Below, piece by piece: positions 22,135-31,648 of a stretch of DNA of 64,000 bases; within the stretch, counting starts at the first letter, position 1; every line of letters begins with the position of its first letter. The notes under the pieces are model-generated. The model searched no databases. It worked only from the letters and a program-made list of their open reading frames with translations, and had not been told where the DNA came from. The position numbers were made by a program, and so were the translations under genes. Where the stretch lies: positions 9,310-73,309 of the forward strand of contig JAJZND010000015.1 of assembly GCA_021848025.1 (NCBI GenBank). The letters are read 5' to 3'. The stretch is from Candidatus Micrarchaeota archaeon (lineage in GTDB: Archaea > Micrarchaeota > Micrarchaeia > Micrarchaeales > CABMGC01).

Positions 22135-22770
22135 CGCATTGTGGAGAATGCGCTTAATGTAAAAGAGGTTTCGTACAAAGAGGCCTCTGAATTGGCATTC
22201 ATGGGAGCCAAGGTCCTGCATCCTAAGACGATTCTGCCTGCCATAAGCAAAAATATACCTGTAAGGATACTCAACACTTTTAATTACAGACATAAGGGTA
22301 CAGTTGTATTAGGAGACATAAAGACCAAAAGAAGAGTTGCCTCAATAGCCTGCAAGAGAAATATAAAAGTAATAAATATCTACACTCCGAGCATGTTTCT
22401 CGCCCATGGCTTTCTTAAGAAAGTCTTTGGCATCTTTGAGGATTTCAAAATACCTATAGACATGATTTCGACTTCAGAGATCAACATCTCAGTGACGGTA
22501 GATCAGAAAGAAGACATAAGTCCGGCAATAGATGAGCTGAAGAAGATAGCAGAGATAGAGGTATTGGACAACCGCGCAAAGGTCTCGCTTGTTGGCAAGA
22601 ACATGGTAATAATGCCTAAGCTCCTGGGCAGGCTCTTCTACGCCCTTGATGGCATACGTGTGGAGATGATGTCATCAAGCACGTCTGAAATAAACCAGAG
22701 CATCGTGGTAAACGGCCGGGATGCAGACAAGGCGGTCAGAAAGCTCCATAAGACATTTTTTGGTAGATGA
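21451..22770 (+). CDS. lysC: Aspartate kinase (intact)
   Basis: KFGGSS, SFGERMS, LGRGGSDYTA, WTDVNG, GAKVLHP and two ACT domains. Confidence 0.96.
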   Translation: MIIMKFGGSSVADGPRITNVANIVGLNASRHPVVIVSALGGVTDSLIHLAKTAANEERKKRMQELKNRHVSTLKSLGLEEDLLNGDFSELSGALSEIDPGNKITEKSMDRIVSFGERMSSKIVAACIRSKGMKCAAYNAYDLGMVTDSNFGNADILPETYGAIRRELSRIGKGTIPVITGYIGKDRNGGITTLGRGGSDYTASIIGAAIGAEEIQIWTDVNGIMTADPRIVENALNVKEVSYKEASELAFMGAKVLHPKTILPAISKNIPVRILNTFNYRHKGTVVLGDIKTKRRVASIACKRNIKVINIYTPSMFLAHGFLKKVFGIFEDFKIPIDMISTSEINISVTVDQKEDISPAIDELKKIAEIEVLDNRAKVSLVGKNMVIMPKLLGRLFYALDGIRVEMMSSSTSEINQSIVVNGRDADKAVRKLHKTFFGR

Positions 22771-23828
22771 GAATGAGCAAGATAAGCATAGGCGTGCTCG
22801 GTGCAACAGGCATGGTGGGCCAGACAATACTGAACCTGCTCTCCAACCATCCTTGGTTCGAGGTTACAGCAATTGCAGCTTCTGAACAGTCAGCAGGAAA
22901 GAAATACGGTGAGGTCATGGCATCAAGATGGAACATAAGTCCGGAGATTCCGGAGTATGTTCGTGAGATGAAGATAAGCGAATGCAAACCAGGCCTCGAA
23001 TGTGAAATGGTGCTTTCAGCCTTGGATTCGAGCGTAGCCCTTGAGATAGAGCAAGAATTCGCCAAGGCCGGCTACGCGGTTTCAAGCAATGCCAGCAATC
23101 ATCGCATGCATCCTGACGTGCCTCTGCTGATTCCGGAGGTAAATGCGGATCATGTCAAGCTTATAGACTACCAGAGGAAAAAGAGAGGCTGGAAAGGTTT
23201 CATAGTCACAGATCCAAACTGCTCGACCATAGGTCTTACGCTTGCTCTCAAGCCGCTGCTTGATAACTTCGGACTAGAAAAGGTCCTAGTCACAACGATG
23301 CAAAGCCTTAGCGGAGCCGGATATCCGGGAGTGCCGTCAATGGATATAGTGGACAACTTAATCCCATACATAAAGAACGAGGAAGAAAAGCTCGAGTCAG
23401 AAGCGCAGAAGATCCTTGGAAAGCTATCCGGAACCTCGATAAAGCCAGCTGAAACTGCAGTCAGCGCAAACTGCAACAGGGTTGCTGTAAAGTATGGCCA
23501 TACTGAGTGCGCAAGCGTGAAGCTTTCAAAAGAGGCAACAGAGGATGAAATAATAAAGGCATTCAATAATTTCCATCCCCTAAGGCATTCAGGCCTGCCG
23601 TCTGCTCCGGAAAAACCCCTGGTCTACCTTGCCGGAGAGAACAGACCGCAGCCAAAGCTAGATGTGAATGCAGGCAATGGCATGACTGCGAGCATAGGCA
23701 GGCTCAGAAAATGCAACATACTGGATTACAAGTTCATAGTTCTAAGCCATAATCTTATACGCGGTGCAGCTGGAGCAGCAATACTAAATGCAGAACTGCT
23801 CAAGACCACGGGTTATCTAAGCAAATGA
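22767..23828 (+). CDS. asd: Aspartate-semialdehyde dehydrogenase
   Basis: GATGMVGQ, PNCST, QSLSGAG, HNLIRGAAG. Confidence 0.96.
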   Translation: MRMSKISIGVLGATGMVGQTILNLLSNHPWFEVTAIAASEQSAGKKYGEVMASRWNISPEIPEYVREMKISECKPGLECEMVLSALDSSVALEIEQEFAKAGYAVSSNASNHRMHPDVPLLIPEVNADHVKLIDYQRKKRGWKGFIVTDPNCSTIGLTLALKPLLDNFGLEKVLVTTMQSLSGAGYPGVPSMDIVDNLIPYIKNEEEKLESEAQKILGKLSGTSIKPAETAVSANCNRVAVKYGHTECASVKLSKEATEDEIIKAFNNFHPLRHSGLPSAPEKPLVYLAGENRPQPKLDVNAGNGMTASIGRLRKCNILDYKFIVLSHNLIRGAAGAAILNAELLKTTGYLSK

Positions 23829-23860
23829 AAACTTCTAATTAAAGGGAACAGGCAAGTGAT

Positions 23861-23888
23861 TGTTATTGCAGTAACATAAAGTATTTAT
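23861..23888 (+). promoter_or_regulatory. Second copy of the palindromic operator plus BRE/TATA, upstream of dapA
   Basis: Identical to 21313-21340. Confidence 0.7.
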
Positions 23889-23948
23889 TAGATAAATCCC
23901 ATTATCTCTGTATCGCAACGTGCAATGTAGCCCGTGCGACGTGATTAG

Positions 23949-24848
23949 ATGTTAAAACTAAGCGGATGCATGACAGCAATCATAACTCCCTTCAATAAAA
24001 AACTTGAGGTAGACTACGAAGGCCTTAAATCGAACATAAAGTTCCAGATAGAAAATGGCGTATCCGGCCTGGTCCCCTTGGGAACCACCGGAGAATCACC
24101 TACAATAAGCGATGAAGAGCGGGAAAAGATACTCGCAACAACAATAAACGAGGCAGGAGGGAAGGTTCCTGTCATAGCAGGGGTAGGCACGAATTCCACC
24201 GCGCACACTATAGAATACGCGAGACAGGCAGAAGACCTCGGTGCAGATGCGCTTCTTGTAGTCTCCCCATATTATAATAAGCCTACCCAGGAGGGTCTGT
24301 ATAGGCACTATGAAGCAATATCCAAAGCAGTTAACATACCTATTGTAGTGTACAATATACAGTCCAGAACCGGTGTCAATATAGAGACAAAGACGCTTGC
24401 CAGGATGGCAGCGCTGCCTAATATAACTGCGGTCAAAGAAGCCTCAGGCAGCATGCAACAGATAAGTGATGTGATCGACAGCATGCCCAAAGAATTTACG
24501 GTTCTTAGCGGCGATGACAACATGACTCTCCCCCTTATCTCTGCAGGCGGTAGTGGAGTCATCTCGGTAGTAAGCAACCTGCTCCCCAAAAGGCTGTCTT
24601 CAATGGTTGGCGCAGCGCTAAGCGATAAGATGAATGAGGCAAGGACCATGCAGCATGAGCTGCTGCCAATGTTCAAGGCAGCGTTCATAGAGACTAATCC
24701 TGTGCCTATAAAGACGGCAATGTCGCTTTGCGGTATGCCTTCCGGCGGTGTAAGGCTGCCATTGTGCGAGATGAACTCAGAGAATGCCAAATACCTTGCA
24801 AAGGTAATCTCAAGGTACATGGAGCTTAAGTTGATGATAAATGGATGA
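23949..24848 (+). CDS. dapA: 4-hydroxy-tetrahydrodipicolinate synthase
   Basis: GTTGES, PYYNKP, YNIQSRT, KEASG, ETNPVPIK. Confidence 0.96.
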   Translation: MLKLSGCMTAIITPFNKKLEVDYEGLKSNIKFQIENGVSGLVPLGTTGESPTISDEEREKILATTINEAGGKVPVIAGVGTNSTAHTIEYARQAEDLGADALLVVSPYYNKPTQEGLYRHYEAISKAVNIPIVVYNIQSRTGVNIETKTLARMAALPNITAVKEASGSMQQISDVIDSMPKEFTVLSGDDNMTLPLISAGGSGVISVVSNLLPKRLSSMVGAALSDKMNEARTMQHELLPMFKAAFIETNPVPIKTAMSLCGMPSGGVRLPLCEMNSENAKYLAKVISRYMELKLMING

Positions 24849-25605
24849 AAAAATCAGAATAGCAATAATAGGATACGGAAGAATGGGCCGCGAAATAGAA
24901 ACTATCGCGAGGAGCGAAGGAATGGAAGTAGCCGCTATAATAGACCCTGCAAAAGAAGGTGCCACAGGAAAGGAGATAACTAAAGAAACAATCGGCGAAG
25001 CAGAGATAGCAATAGATTTTTCATCTCCAGGCTCGGTAATCGGGAATATACGGAGAGTAGCTGGCCTCAAGAAGAACATCGTGATAGGCACGACAGGATG
25101 GTATGGGCAGATGGAGGAAGCGCGCAAGCTAATCGAAAAAGAAGGCACAGGATTGATATACAGTCCAAACTTCTCAATAGGAGTCAACATCTTTTTCCAG
25201 ATAGTAAAAGAGGCTGCATTCCTGATAGATAAGTTCCCTGGCTACGATCCATACGTATACGAGCTGCACCACAACCAGAAGACCGATGCGCCAGGCGGCA
25301 CTGCAAAGGAGCTCGGAAGCATAATACTACAGAACATAAAGCGAAAAAAGAGCATGGTTTTCGATAGGGTTTCGGACAGGAAGATAGATCCTGCTGAAGT
25401 ACATGTGGCAAGCATAAGGGCTGGCCAGATGCCGGGCACTCATGTTGTTGGCTTCGACGGTGCAGCAGATACCATAGAGCTTAAGCACACCGCAAGGAGC
25501 AGAGCTGGTTTTGCAGAAGGAGCAATAGAGGCTGCAAAATGGATAAAGGGCAGGAAGGGGTTTTATTCAATGAAAAATTTAATAGAAAGCTATGCTGATA
25601 AATAA
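24841..25605 (+). CDS. dapB: 4-hydroxy-tetrahydrodipicolinate reductase
   Basis: GYGRMG, IGTTG, ELHHNQKTDAPGGTA. Confidence 0.95.
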   Translation: MDEKIRIAIIGYGRMGREIETIARSEGMEVAAIIDPAKEGATGKEITKETIGEAEIAIDFSSPGSVIGNIRRVAGLKKNIVIGTTGWYGQMEEARKLIEKEGTGLIYSPNFSIGVNIFFQIVKEAAFLIDKFPGYDPYVYELHHNQKTDAPGGTAKELGSIILQNIKRKKSMVFDRVSDRKIDPAEVHVASIRAGQMPGTHVVGFDGAADTIELKHTARSRAGFAEGAIEAAKWIKGRKGFYSMKNLIESYADK

Positions 25606-25638
25606 CCTGCCAAAGCCCCCAGAAGAGAGGTGTAATAA

Positions 25639-26862
25639 ATGGTAAAGATTAACGAGAACTATGATAAACTCAGCTCCATATATTTGTTTGCAGAGATCTC
25701 AAAAAGGACAAAAGCCTTTGCAATGGAGCATCCAGGAGTCAAGATCATGCGCCTTGGGATAGGCAATACAACTGAACCACTGACTGAATCGGTGGTAAAG
25801 AGCCTGCACCATGGCGTTGACAAGTTAGCCGATGTAAAGACGTATACGGGTTATGGCGACGAACAGGGGGATCAGAGACTGCGCCATGCAATCTCGGAGT
25901 TTTACTCAAAAAGAAATATTGCTATTGCAGAAGATGAGGTCTTCGTGAGCGACGGAGCCAAGCCTGATGCGGCAAACATACAATCCATCTTCCATCACAA
26001 TAGCATAATAGCGGTGCAGGATCCTGCCTACCCTGTATATGTAGACAGCAATGTCATATCCGGTCGTACTGGCAAGGCAAACGGCGTTATCTATGATGGA
26101 ATTATCTACATGCAATGCACAGCAGAGAACGGCTTCTTTCCTGAAACACCAAAGTCAAAGGCAGATATCATATATCTCTGCAGCCCGAATAACCCGACCG
26201 GAGCGGTAGCCACAAAAGAACAGCTAAGCAGATTTGTAGATTATGCGAAAGAGAACGAGTCTGTCATAATATTCGACGCAGCATATCATTCATTCATCTC
26301 AGATCCTGCTCTGCCGCGAAGCATATATGAGATAGAAGGTGCCAAAGAATGTTCGATAGAGATAAACAGCTTCTCTAAAAGCTCAGGATTTACCGGCGTA
26401 AGGCTAGGATGGAGTGTAGTGCCAAAAGAGCTGGTGGTGGAAGGCACAGGGCGCGGAAAAATAAATGCGCTATGGAACCGGAGGCAGACAACGATGTTCA
26501 ACGGCGCTTCCAACATAGCGCAGGAAGGGGGCATAGCAGCAATATCCCCGGAAGGAATCGAAGAGAACAGGAAAGTAATAGCATATTATATGAAAAACGC
26601 AAGCCTGATACGCGAATGCCTAATTAAAAAGGGGCTGACTGTATATGGAGGTACAAATGCTCCGTATATCTGGGCAAAGACACCTGGCGCTATGAACTCA
26701 TGGCAATTCTTCGACAAGATGCTAAACGAAGCGCACGTGGTAATTACTCCAGGATCTGGTTTCGGCCCATCTGGAGAAGGATACGTAAGAATAAGCGCAT
26801 TTGGCCACAGGGAAGATATTGAAGCAGCAATAGAAAGCATCAATGCAAACCTGCATATTTAG
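25639..26862 (+). CDS. dapL: LL-diaminopimelate aminotransferase
   Basis: YLFAEI, LGIGNTT, GYGDEQG, CSPNNPTG, SFSKSSGFTGVRLG. Confidence 0.93.
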   Translation: MVKINENYDKLSSIYLFAEISKRTKAFAMEHPGVKIMRLGIGNTTEPLTESVVKSLHHGVDKLADVKTYTGYGDEQGDQRLRHAISEFYSKRNIAIAEDEVFVSDGAKPDAANIQSIFHHNSIIAVQDPAYPVYVDSNVISGRTGKANGVIYDGIIYMQCTAENGFFPETPKSKADIIYLCSPNNPTGAVATKEQLSRFVDYAKENESVIIFDAAYHSFISDPALPRSIYEIEGAKECSIEINSFSKSSGFTGVRLGWSVVPKELVVEGTGRGKINALWNRRQTTMFNGASNIAQEGGIAAISPEGIEENRKVIAYYMKNASLIRECLIKKGLTVYGGTNAPYIWAKTPGAMNSWQFFDKMLNEAHVVITPGSGFGPSGEGYVRISAFGHREDIEAAIESINANLHI

Positions 26863-26867
26863 GTGAT

Positions 26868-28153
26868 ATCGCGAACAAAGATTCAGATCTCTTCTTCTCA
26901 AGGGAGGAGATAAACAAGCTAAGGAAAAGCTATCCAACACCTTTCCATATCTACGAAGAGAAAGGCATACGAGAAAATGCCAAAAGGCTTTACAGGGCCT
27001 TCGGATGGTCCAAAGGCTTCAAGAATTTCTTCGCAGTAAAGGCCTGCCCTAATCCATACATAGTAGAAATACTTAAGAGCGAAGGCTGCGGCACAGACTG
27101 CAGCTCGCTTCCTGAGCTGCTTATATCTGAGAAAGTCGGCCTGCCTGGGAACGAGATAATGTTCACCTCCAACGATACTCCTGCAATAGAGTTCAAGAAA
27201 GCAGCGCAGCTTGGCGCCATAATCAATCTTGACGATATAACACACATACCTTTCCTAGAAAGGAGCGCAGGAATACCTGATATCATATCCTTCAGGTACA
27301 ATCCCGGTCCCCTCTTGAAGACAATGGAAGGAAATGTGATCGGTAGCCCTGAGCAGGCCAAGTATGGACTTACCCGCGACCAGCTTTCCAGGCGTATGCA
27401 GCAATGAAGAAGAAAGGCGTAAGGCGCTTCGGCCTGCATACCATGGTGGTATCCAATGAGCTTAACCCTGCTGCCCATGTCCAGACTGCGAGGATGCTTT
27501 TCAGCCTTGCAGCCGAGATATCAAAAAAGATAGGAATAGAATTTGAATTTGTAAACCTTGGCGGAGGCATAGGCATACCCTACAAGCCTGAACAGGTTCC
27601 TGTTAATTTCGAATCGCTTGGCAAAGAGATTAAGCAAGCATATAAAGAAATTATAGAGGGGAATGGCATGCCCTCCCTGAATATCTATATGGAAAACGGC
27701 CGCGCTATGACGGGCCCCTTCGGGTACCTTGTTACAACTGCTATACACGAGAAACATACGTACAAGGAATACATAGGTGTAGATGCCTGCATGGCTAATT
27801 TAATGCGGCCTGGCATGTACGGCGCATACCATCACATAACCGTGCTTGGCAAAGAGGGCGCGAAGTCAAACCATAAATACGATGTAGTAGGTTCTCTTTG
27901 CGAGAACAATGACAAATTTGCTATAGACCGCATGCTTCCGGAAATAAAAGTCGGAGATGTGATAGCGATACACAATGCGGGTGCCCATGGCCATGCGATG
28001 GGTTTCAACTATAACGGAAAGCTCAGAAGCGCAGAACTGCTAAAAAAAACGGACGGTTCGGTAGAGATGATAAGAAGGGCAGAAACTACCCAAGATTATT
28101 TCTCAACCCTGAACTTTCCAGGATCAAAATACGGGGCTCTTGCAGCAAAATAA
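26868..28153 (+). pseudogene. lysA: Diaminopimelate decarboxylase, frameshifted at about 27385 and lacking a canonical start (pseudogene or sequencing error)
   Basis: The N-half reads YPTPFHIYEE...FAVKACPN...DCSS...KYGLTRDQL. Adding one T at CTTTCC joins it to the C-half (NLGGG, ENGR, GSLCENND). After the GGTGA SD the codons are ATC/GCG. Confidence 0.85.
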
Positions 28154-28214
28154 ATGTTCACGGAAAGGCCACCGGCGCAATTGATCCGTCGCAAAGCTGG
28201 TTTAGACATGCAGA

Positions 28215-29462
28215 TTAAAATTCAAGCCTTATCTTTTCTCCTACTTTAGGCGCATACGCCTCTATTCCTTCCATCTCAAGCCTGTCCCTGAAGCTTGTTG
28301 TGCTTTCACCGTCTCCATGCACGCATATGATCTTCTCTGCCCCGGAATCATGCGCAAATTTGTACAGATCTTCCTGGCCCGCATGGGCTGAAAAATCATA
28401 GAAGGCGAAAGGCGTCCTTACATAGTAATTCTCACCGTCTATATTCAATGGCATATTGTCAAGCAGTCTTCTTCCGTTAGTATGCTCCGCCTGGTATCCT
28501 GTAAGGAAGATCATAGACCTGTCGTTTAGCCTTGTTATATAATCAAGCACCGGCCCTCCATTCAGCATACCTGCTGTAGTGACTATTATACTGCCTCCTT
28601 CAAGCGCATTCTGCCTCTGGTATCCTTTTTTGTCTATTATGCTTGCGGCTTTAACTCCATCTGCGAGCAGCTTCGGATTTGAAATAAATTCCGGATGCTC
28701 AAGAACTATCGCAGTTGCCTTCCTTGCCATTCCATCTATGAACATATGCTGGGAAAGGCCATTTCTGTGGAGCATTGCTATAATCTCCTGCGCCCTTCCC
28801 ACAGCGAAAACAGGTATCAACGCTATGCCTCCATTCTCAATGGTCTTCCTTACCGAATCTATGAACGATTTTACCAGCTCGTCCCTGTTGGGGTGCTCTT
28901 TTATTGCATACGTAGACTCGGTTATGAGTATATCGCATTTTATCTGTTCAGCTCCATTATGCAATAACTGTTTGGAGAGCTTCAAGTCGCCAGTGTAAGC
29001 TATCCGCCTGCCCTTCTTTTCTATTACTACAACCGAACTGCCGCATATGTGTCCTGCATCATGCAAGCTGATGCTATAATTGCCAAAGCCTATCTCCGCC
29101 TTATACGGATAGGATACGTATCTGTTAAGAAATGCGTTCAGGCCTGTTCTGGTAAACTTCGGTTTCTCGTGCTTCCTCTTATTCAGCTTGATAGAATCTT
29201 CAATGAGCAATTCTGCAAGTTGTTTTGTAGGCTCCGTCCCAAATGCAGCCGGCAGACCTGATTTGTAAAGCGCAGGAGCAAAACCGCTATGGTCAAGATG
29301 CGCATGGCTTGGTATATATGCATCAACACGTGGAGCAGGCAATGGGTATTCTGTCTTACCATCTATCTTTATTCCATAATCCAAAAGTATATTCTTCTCA
29401 TCCTTTATCAGAATCGCGGACCTACCGACCTCTCCGGCTCCGCCAAGAAAATCTATCTCCAT
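28215..29462 (-). CDS. Beta-CASP metallo-beta-lactamase ribonuclease
   Basis: GGAGEVGRS, SHAHLDH, AGHICG, YTGD, FAVGRAQE, FSAHAG, VHGD. Confidence 0.9.
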   Translation of the reverse strand: MEIDFLGGAGEVGRSAILIKDEKNILLDYGIKIDGKTEYPLPAPRVDAYIPSHAHLDHSGFAPALYKSGLPAAFGTEPTKQLAELLIEDSIKLNKRKHEKPKFTRTGLNAFLNRYVSYPYKAEIGFGNYSISLHDAGHICGSSVVVIEKKGRRIAYTGDLKLSKQLLHNGAEQIKCDILITESTYAIKEHPNRDELVKSFIDSVRKTIENGGIALIPVFAVGRAQEIIAMLHRNGLSQHMFIDGMARKATAIVLEHPEFISNPKLLADGVKAASIIDKKGYQRQNALEGGSIIVTTAGMLNGGPVLDYITRLNDRSMIFLTGYQAEHTNGRRLLDNMPLNIDGENYYVRTPFAFYDFSAHAGQEDLYKFAHDSGAEKIICVHGDGESTTSFRDRLEMEGIEAYAPKVGEKIRLEF

Positions 29463-29608
29463 AGTCGCACATTTTATTGTTTACTCCAAATCTGCTATAC
29501 TATATCAAGTGACCAATACATTACTAAAAGTTTCCATTTAGATTTGTCCGGCACATAACTGCGCAAACTCACGAAAAGCCTTAATATCTTAAAAAAACAC
29601 ACATAATC

Positions 29609-30211
29609 ATGGAAAAATCATTGCCACGAGAAAAAGGAAACAACTACAAGAATTCATTCTTCACCGCAGCTCGTGCGACTGCATTTACAGGTGCAATGAT
29701 ATTCGCAGGCCAGTTGCCGGCAATCCGACCTGCCAGTGCAGCTGCTCCTCAAGCAGAGTGTGCAATAAATGTGCAAGGCCCAAAAAGCGAGCTTGCATTG
29801 CAGATGAAGGGTTCTGGCCTTGCAAAGTATTCCATATTCGTTGTCGAACGCCTCTCTCCTGATTCGCAGCAGCTTGCGTTCAGTTCCATAGTCTACAAAG
29901 GGAATGGAAATCTTTACGTATACTACGACGGAATGTTTCAGGGTAAGAAAGCCGGATTTAATGACAAGGCAATATTCCTGAGAAACATGCAGGTCGAATA
30001 TGTTGGCATATCCAATGTGGCCTTCACCCAGAAAGAGATATCGGCATATTACAAAAAAGGTTCAGTCAAACTTGAAGATGGTGGCCAGGAAGCGCTGAAG
30101 TACAGGTGGCCGGAGAAACCAAATCCCAAAACATTCGAAGAGTGCTATAGAAACGATATCCCCTATCTCAAAGGTTTCAACATAAACATAATATTTTTGC
30201 CGCAGCGATGA
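29609..30211 (+). CDS. Hypothetical secreted protein
   Basis: Long ORF with signal-peptide-like N-terminus and an upstream TATA-like box. Confidence 0.55.
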   Translation: MEKSLPREKGNNYKNSFFTAARATAFTGAMIFAGQLPAIRPASAAAPQAECAINVQGPKSELALQMKGSGLAKYSIFVVERLSPDSQQLAFSSIVYKGNGNLYVYYDGMFQGKKAGFNDKAIFLRNMQVEYVGISNVAFTQKEISAYYKKGSVKLEDGGQEALKYRWPEKPNPKTFEECYRNDIPYLKGFNINIIFLPQR

Positions 30212-30283
30212 CCCAGCAGCTAATCCGCTTTTGGAATGAAATTTTAACTAATCTTTTTATTTATTCCTATTTTTATATATGTC

Positions 30284-31018
30284 ATGCCAGATGAACCCAC
30301 TTTTATGGATCTAGTATCACTGCTTCAGATAACGCCGAATACGCCTTTGGAAAAACTCGGCAGTGCACTAAATTCCAGTATCTTCGACGCTTCTAACATA
30401 GCAGGCACACTCAAGCAAAAGGGCCTTATAGAATTTACCGCCTACTATCCCGGCCCAAACACCATAACAATAACCCCTGCGGGCACGGGTCTCATAAGCG
30501 AAGCTAATCTAAAGTCAGCAGAGCCATTAGACCATCTCGATACTACGATACTGCAGCAGCTTTCCGGAGGCAAAAGAAGCCCTCTGGACCTACAGAATAC
30601 GCTCAATCTCAGGCCCAAGGACCTTGCACTGAGGCTATACAAGCTTTACAAGCAGGGGTTTGCAATCTACGAGCTGAAGAGCGGCACAGTGGCAATAATG
30701 CTTACTGAAAAAGGTTTCCTGAATGCAAAGGCAAACCCCACGCAGCAGCCTGCAAATATGCAGGAGCGTAGCGCTGCCTCAGGACCGCAAAGCAACACAT
30801 CAGGAGCCACAAATTCCACCCAAGCTACCATGCCGGGCACTGCAGAAGGGGCTCAAAGGACAGGAGAGCAGGCAGCCCAGGGCCAGGTACGCGATGTCAA
30901 GCCGATAGCAGAGGATTTAGGCGCTTCAGGCCGCAATACAAAGCTCCTGCCGGCCATTATCATCGTGATAGTGGTAATTATAATAGCAGCTGCAGTTTAC
31001 TTCATAAAAATAAGGTAA
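30284..31018 (+). CDS. Hypothetical protein: tandem wHTH, low-complexity linker, C-terminal TM anchor
   Basis: Two wHTH-like repeats (LKQKGLIEF...ITPAG; LYKQGFAIY...LTEKG), a Q/A/T-rich linker and a hydrophobic tail. Confidence 0.6.
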   Translation: MPDEPTFMDLVSLLQITPNTPLEKLGSALNSSIFDASNIAGTLKQKGLIEFTAYYPGPNTITITPAGTGLISEANLKSAEPLDHLDTTILQQLSGGKRSPLDLQNTLNLRPKDLALRLYKLYKQGFAIYELKSGTVAIMLTEKGFLNAKANPTQQPANMQERSAASGPQSNTSGATNSTQATMPGTAEGAQRTGEQAAQGQVRDVKPIAEDLGASGRNTKLLPAIIIVIVVIIIAAAVYFIKIR

Positions 31019-31025
31019 TAAGATC

Positions 31026-31640
31026 ATGTTGTTGGATTACTTCGAAGGGAAGAAAGTATTGGACAGGTACGGTATAAGAAGCATAGAGAGCAAATATGTA
31101 GAATCAAGCGAAGACGCTGTAAAGTTTGCCGGAGAAGGAAAGCTTGTTCTAAAGCTCATATCTGAAAAGCAGCTTCACAAATCCAAAGCGGGACTGGTAA
31201 AGCTTGATCTATCAGACCATGAATCCATAGTCAAAGCGTACAAAGAACTTGAAGCGAAAGGAAGAGCATTGCATCCATACAGGATAATAGCGCAGAAGAT
31301 GGTGCGCGGAGGAGTGGAGATAATAATAGGAGGCAACGAAGACCCGCAGTTCGGCAAGATGGTTCTTCTGGGCCTTGGCGGAATATACGTAGAAGCATTC
31401 AAGGATTTTGCATTGAGGCTCTGCCCTATAACAAGCCAGGATGCACTTGATATGATAGACCAGCTCAAGTCCAGAAAAGTAGTAACCTACGATGGGGAAG
31501 CAACAGTAAGAATACGAGATCTTCTGGTAAGGACTTCAAAGCTGCTTTACGAAAACCGCGATATAAAAGAACTAGACCTGAATCCGGTGGTAGTAAGGTC
31601 AGATGGATATGATGTTGTTGATATAAGAATATTGAAATAA
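31026..31640 (+). CDS. acdB: ADP-forming acetate-CoA ligase beta (ATP-grasp) subunit
   Basis: HKSKAGLV, DPQFG...GLGGIYVE, ELDLNP. Confidence 0.9.
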   Translation: MLLDYFEGKKVLDRYGIRSIESKYVESSEDAVKFAGEGKLVLKLISEKQLHKSKAGLVKLDLSDHESIVKAYKELEAKGRALHPYRIIAQKMVRGGVEIIIGGNEDPQFGKMVLLGLGGIYVEAFKDFALRLCPITSQDALDMIDQLKSRKVVTYDGEATVRIRDLLVRTSKLLYENRDIKELDLNPVVVRSDGYDVVDIRILK

Positions 31641-31648
31641 GTGTAAAG

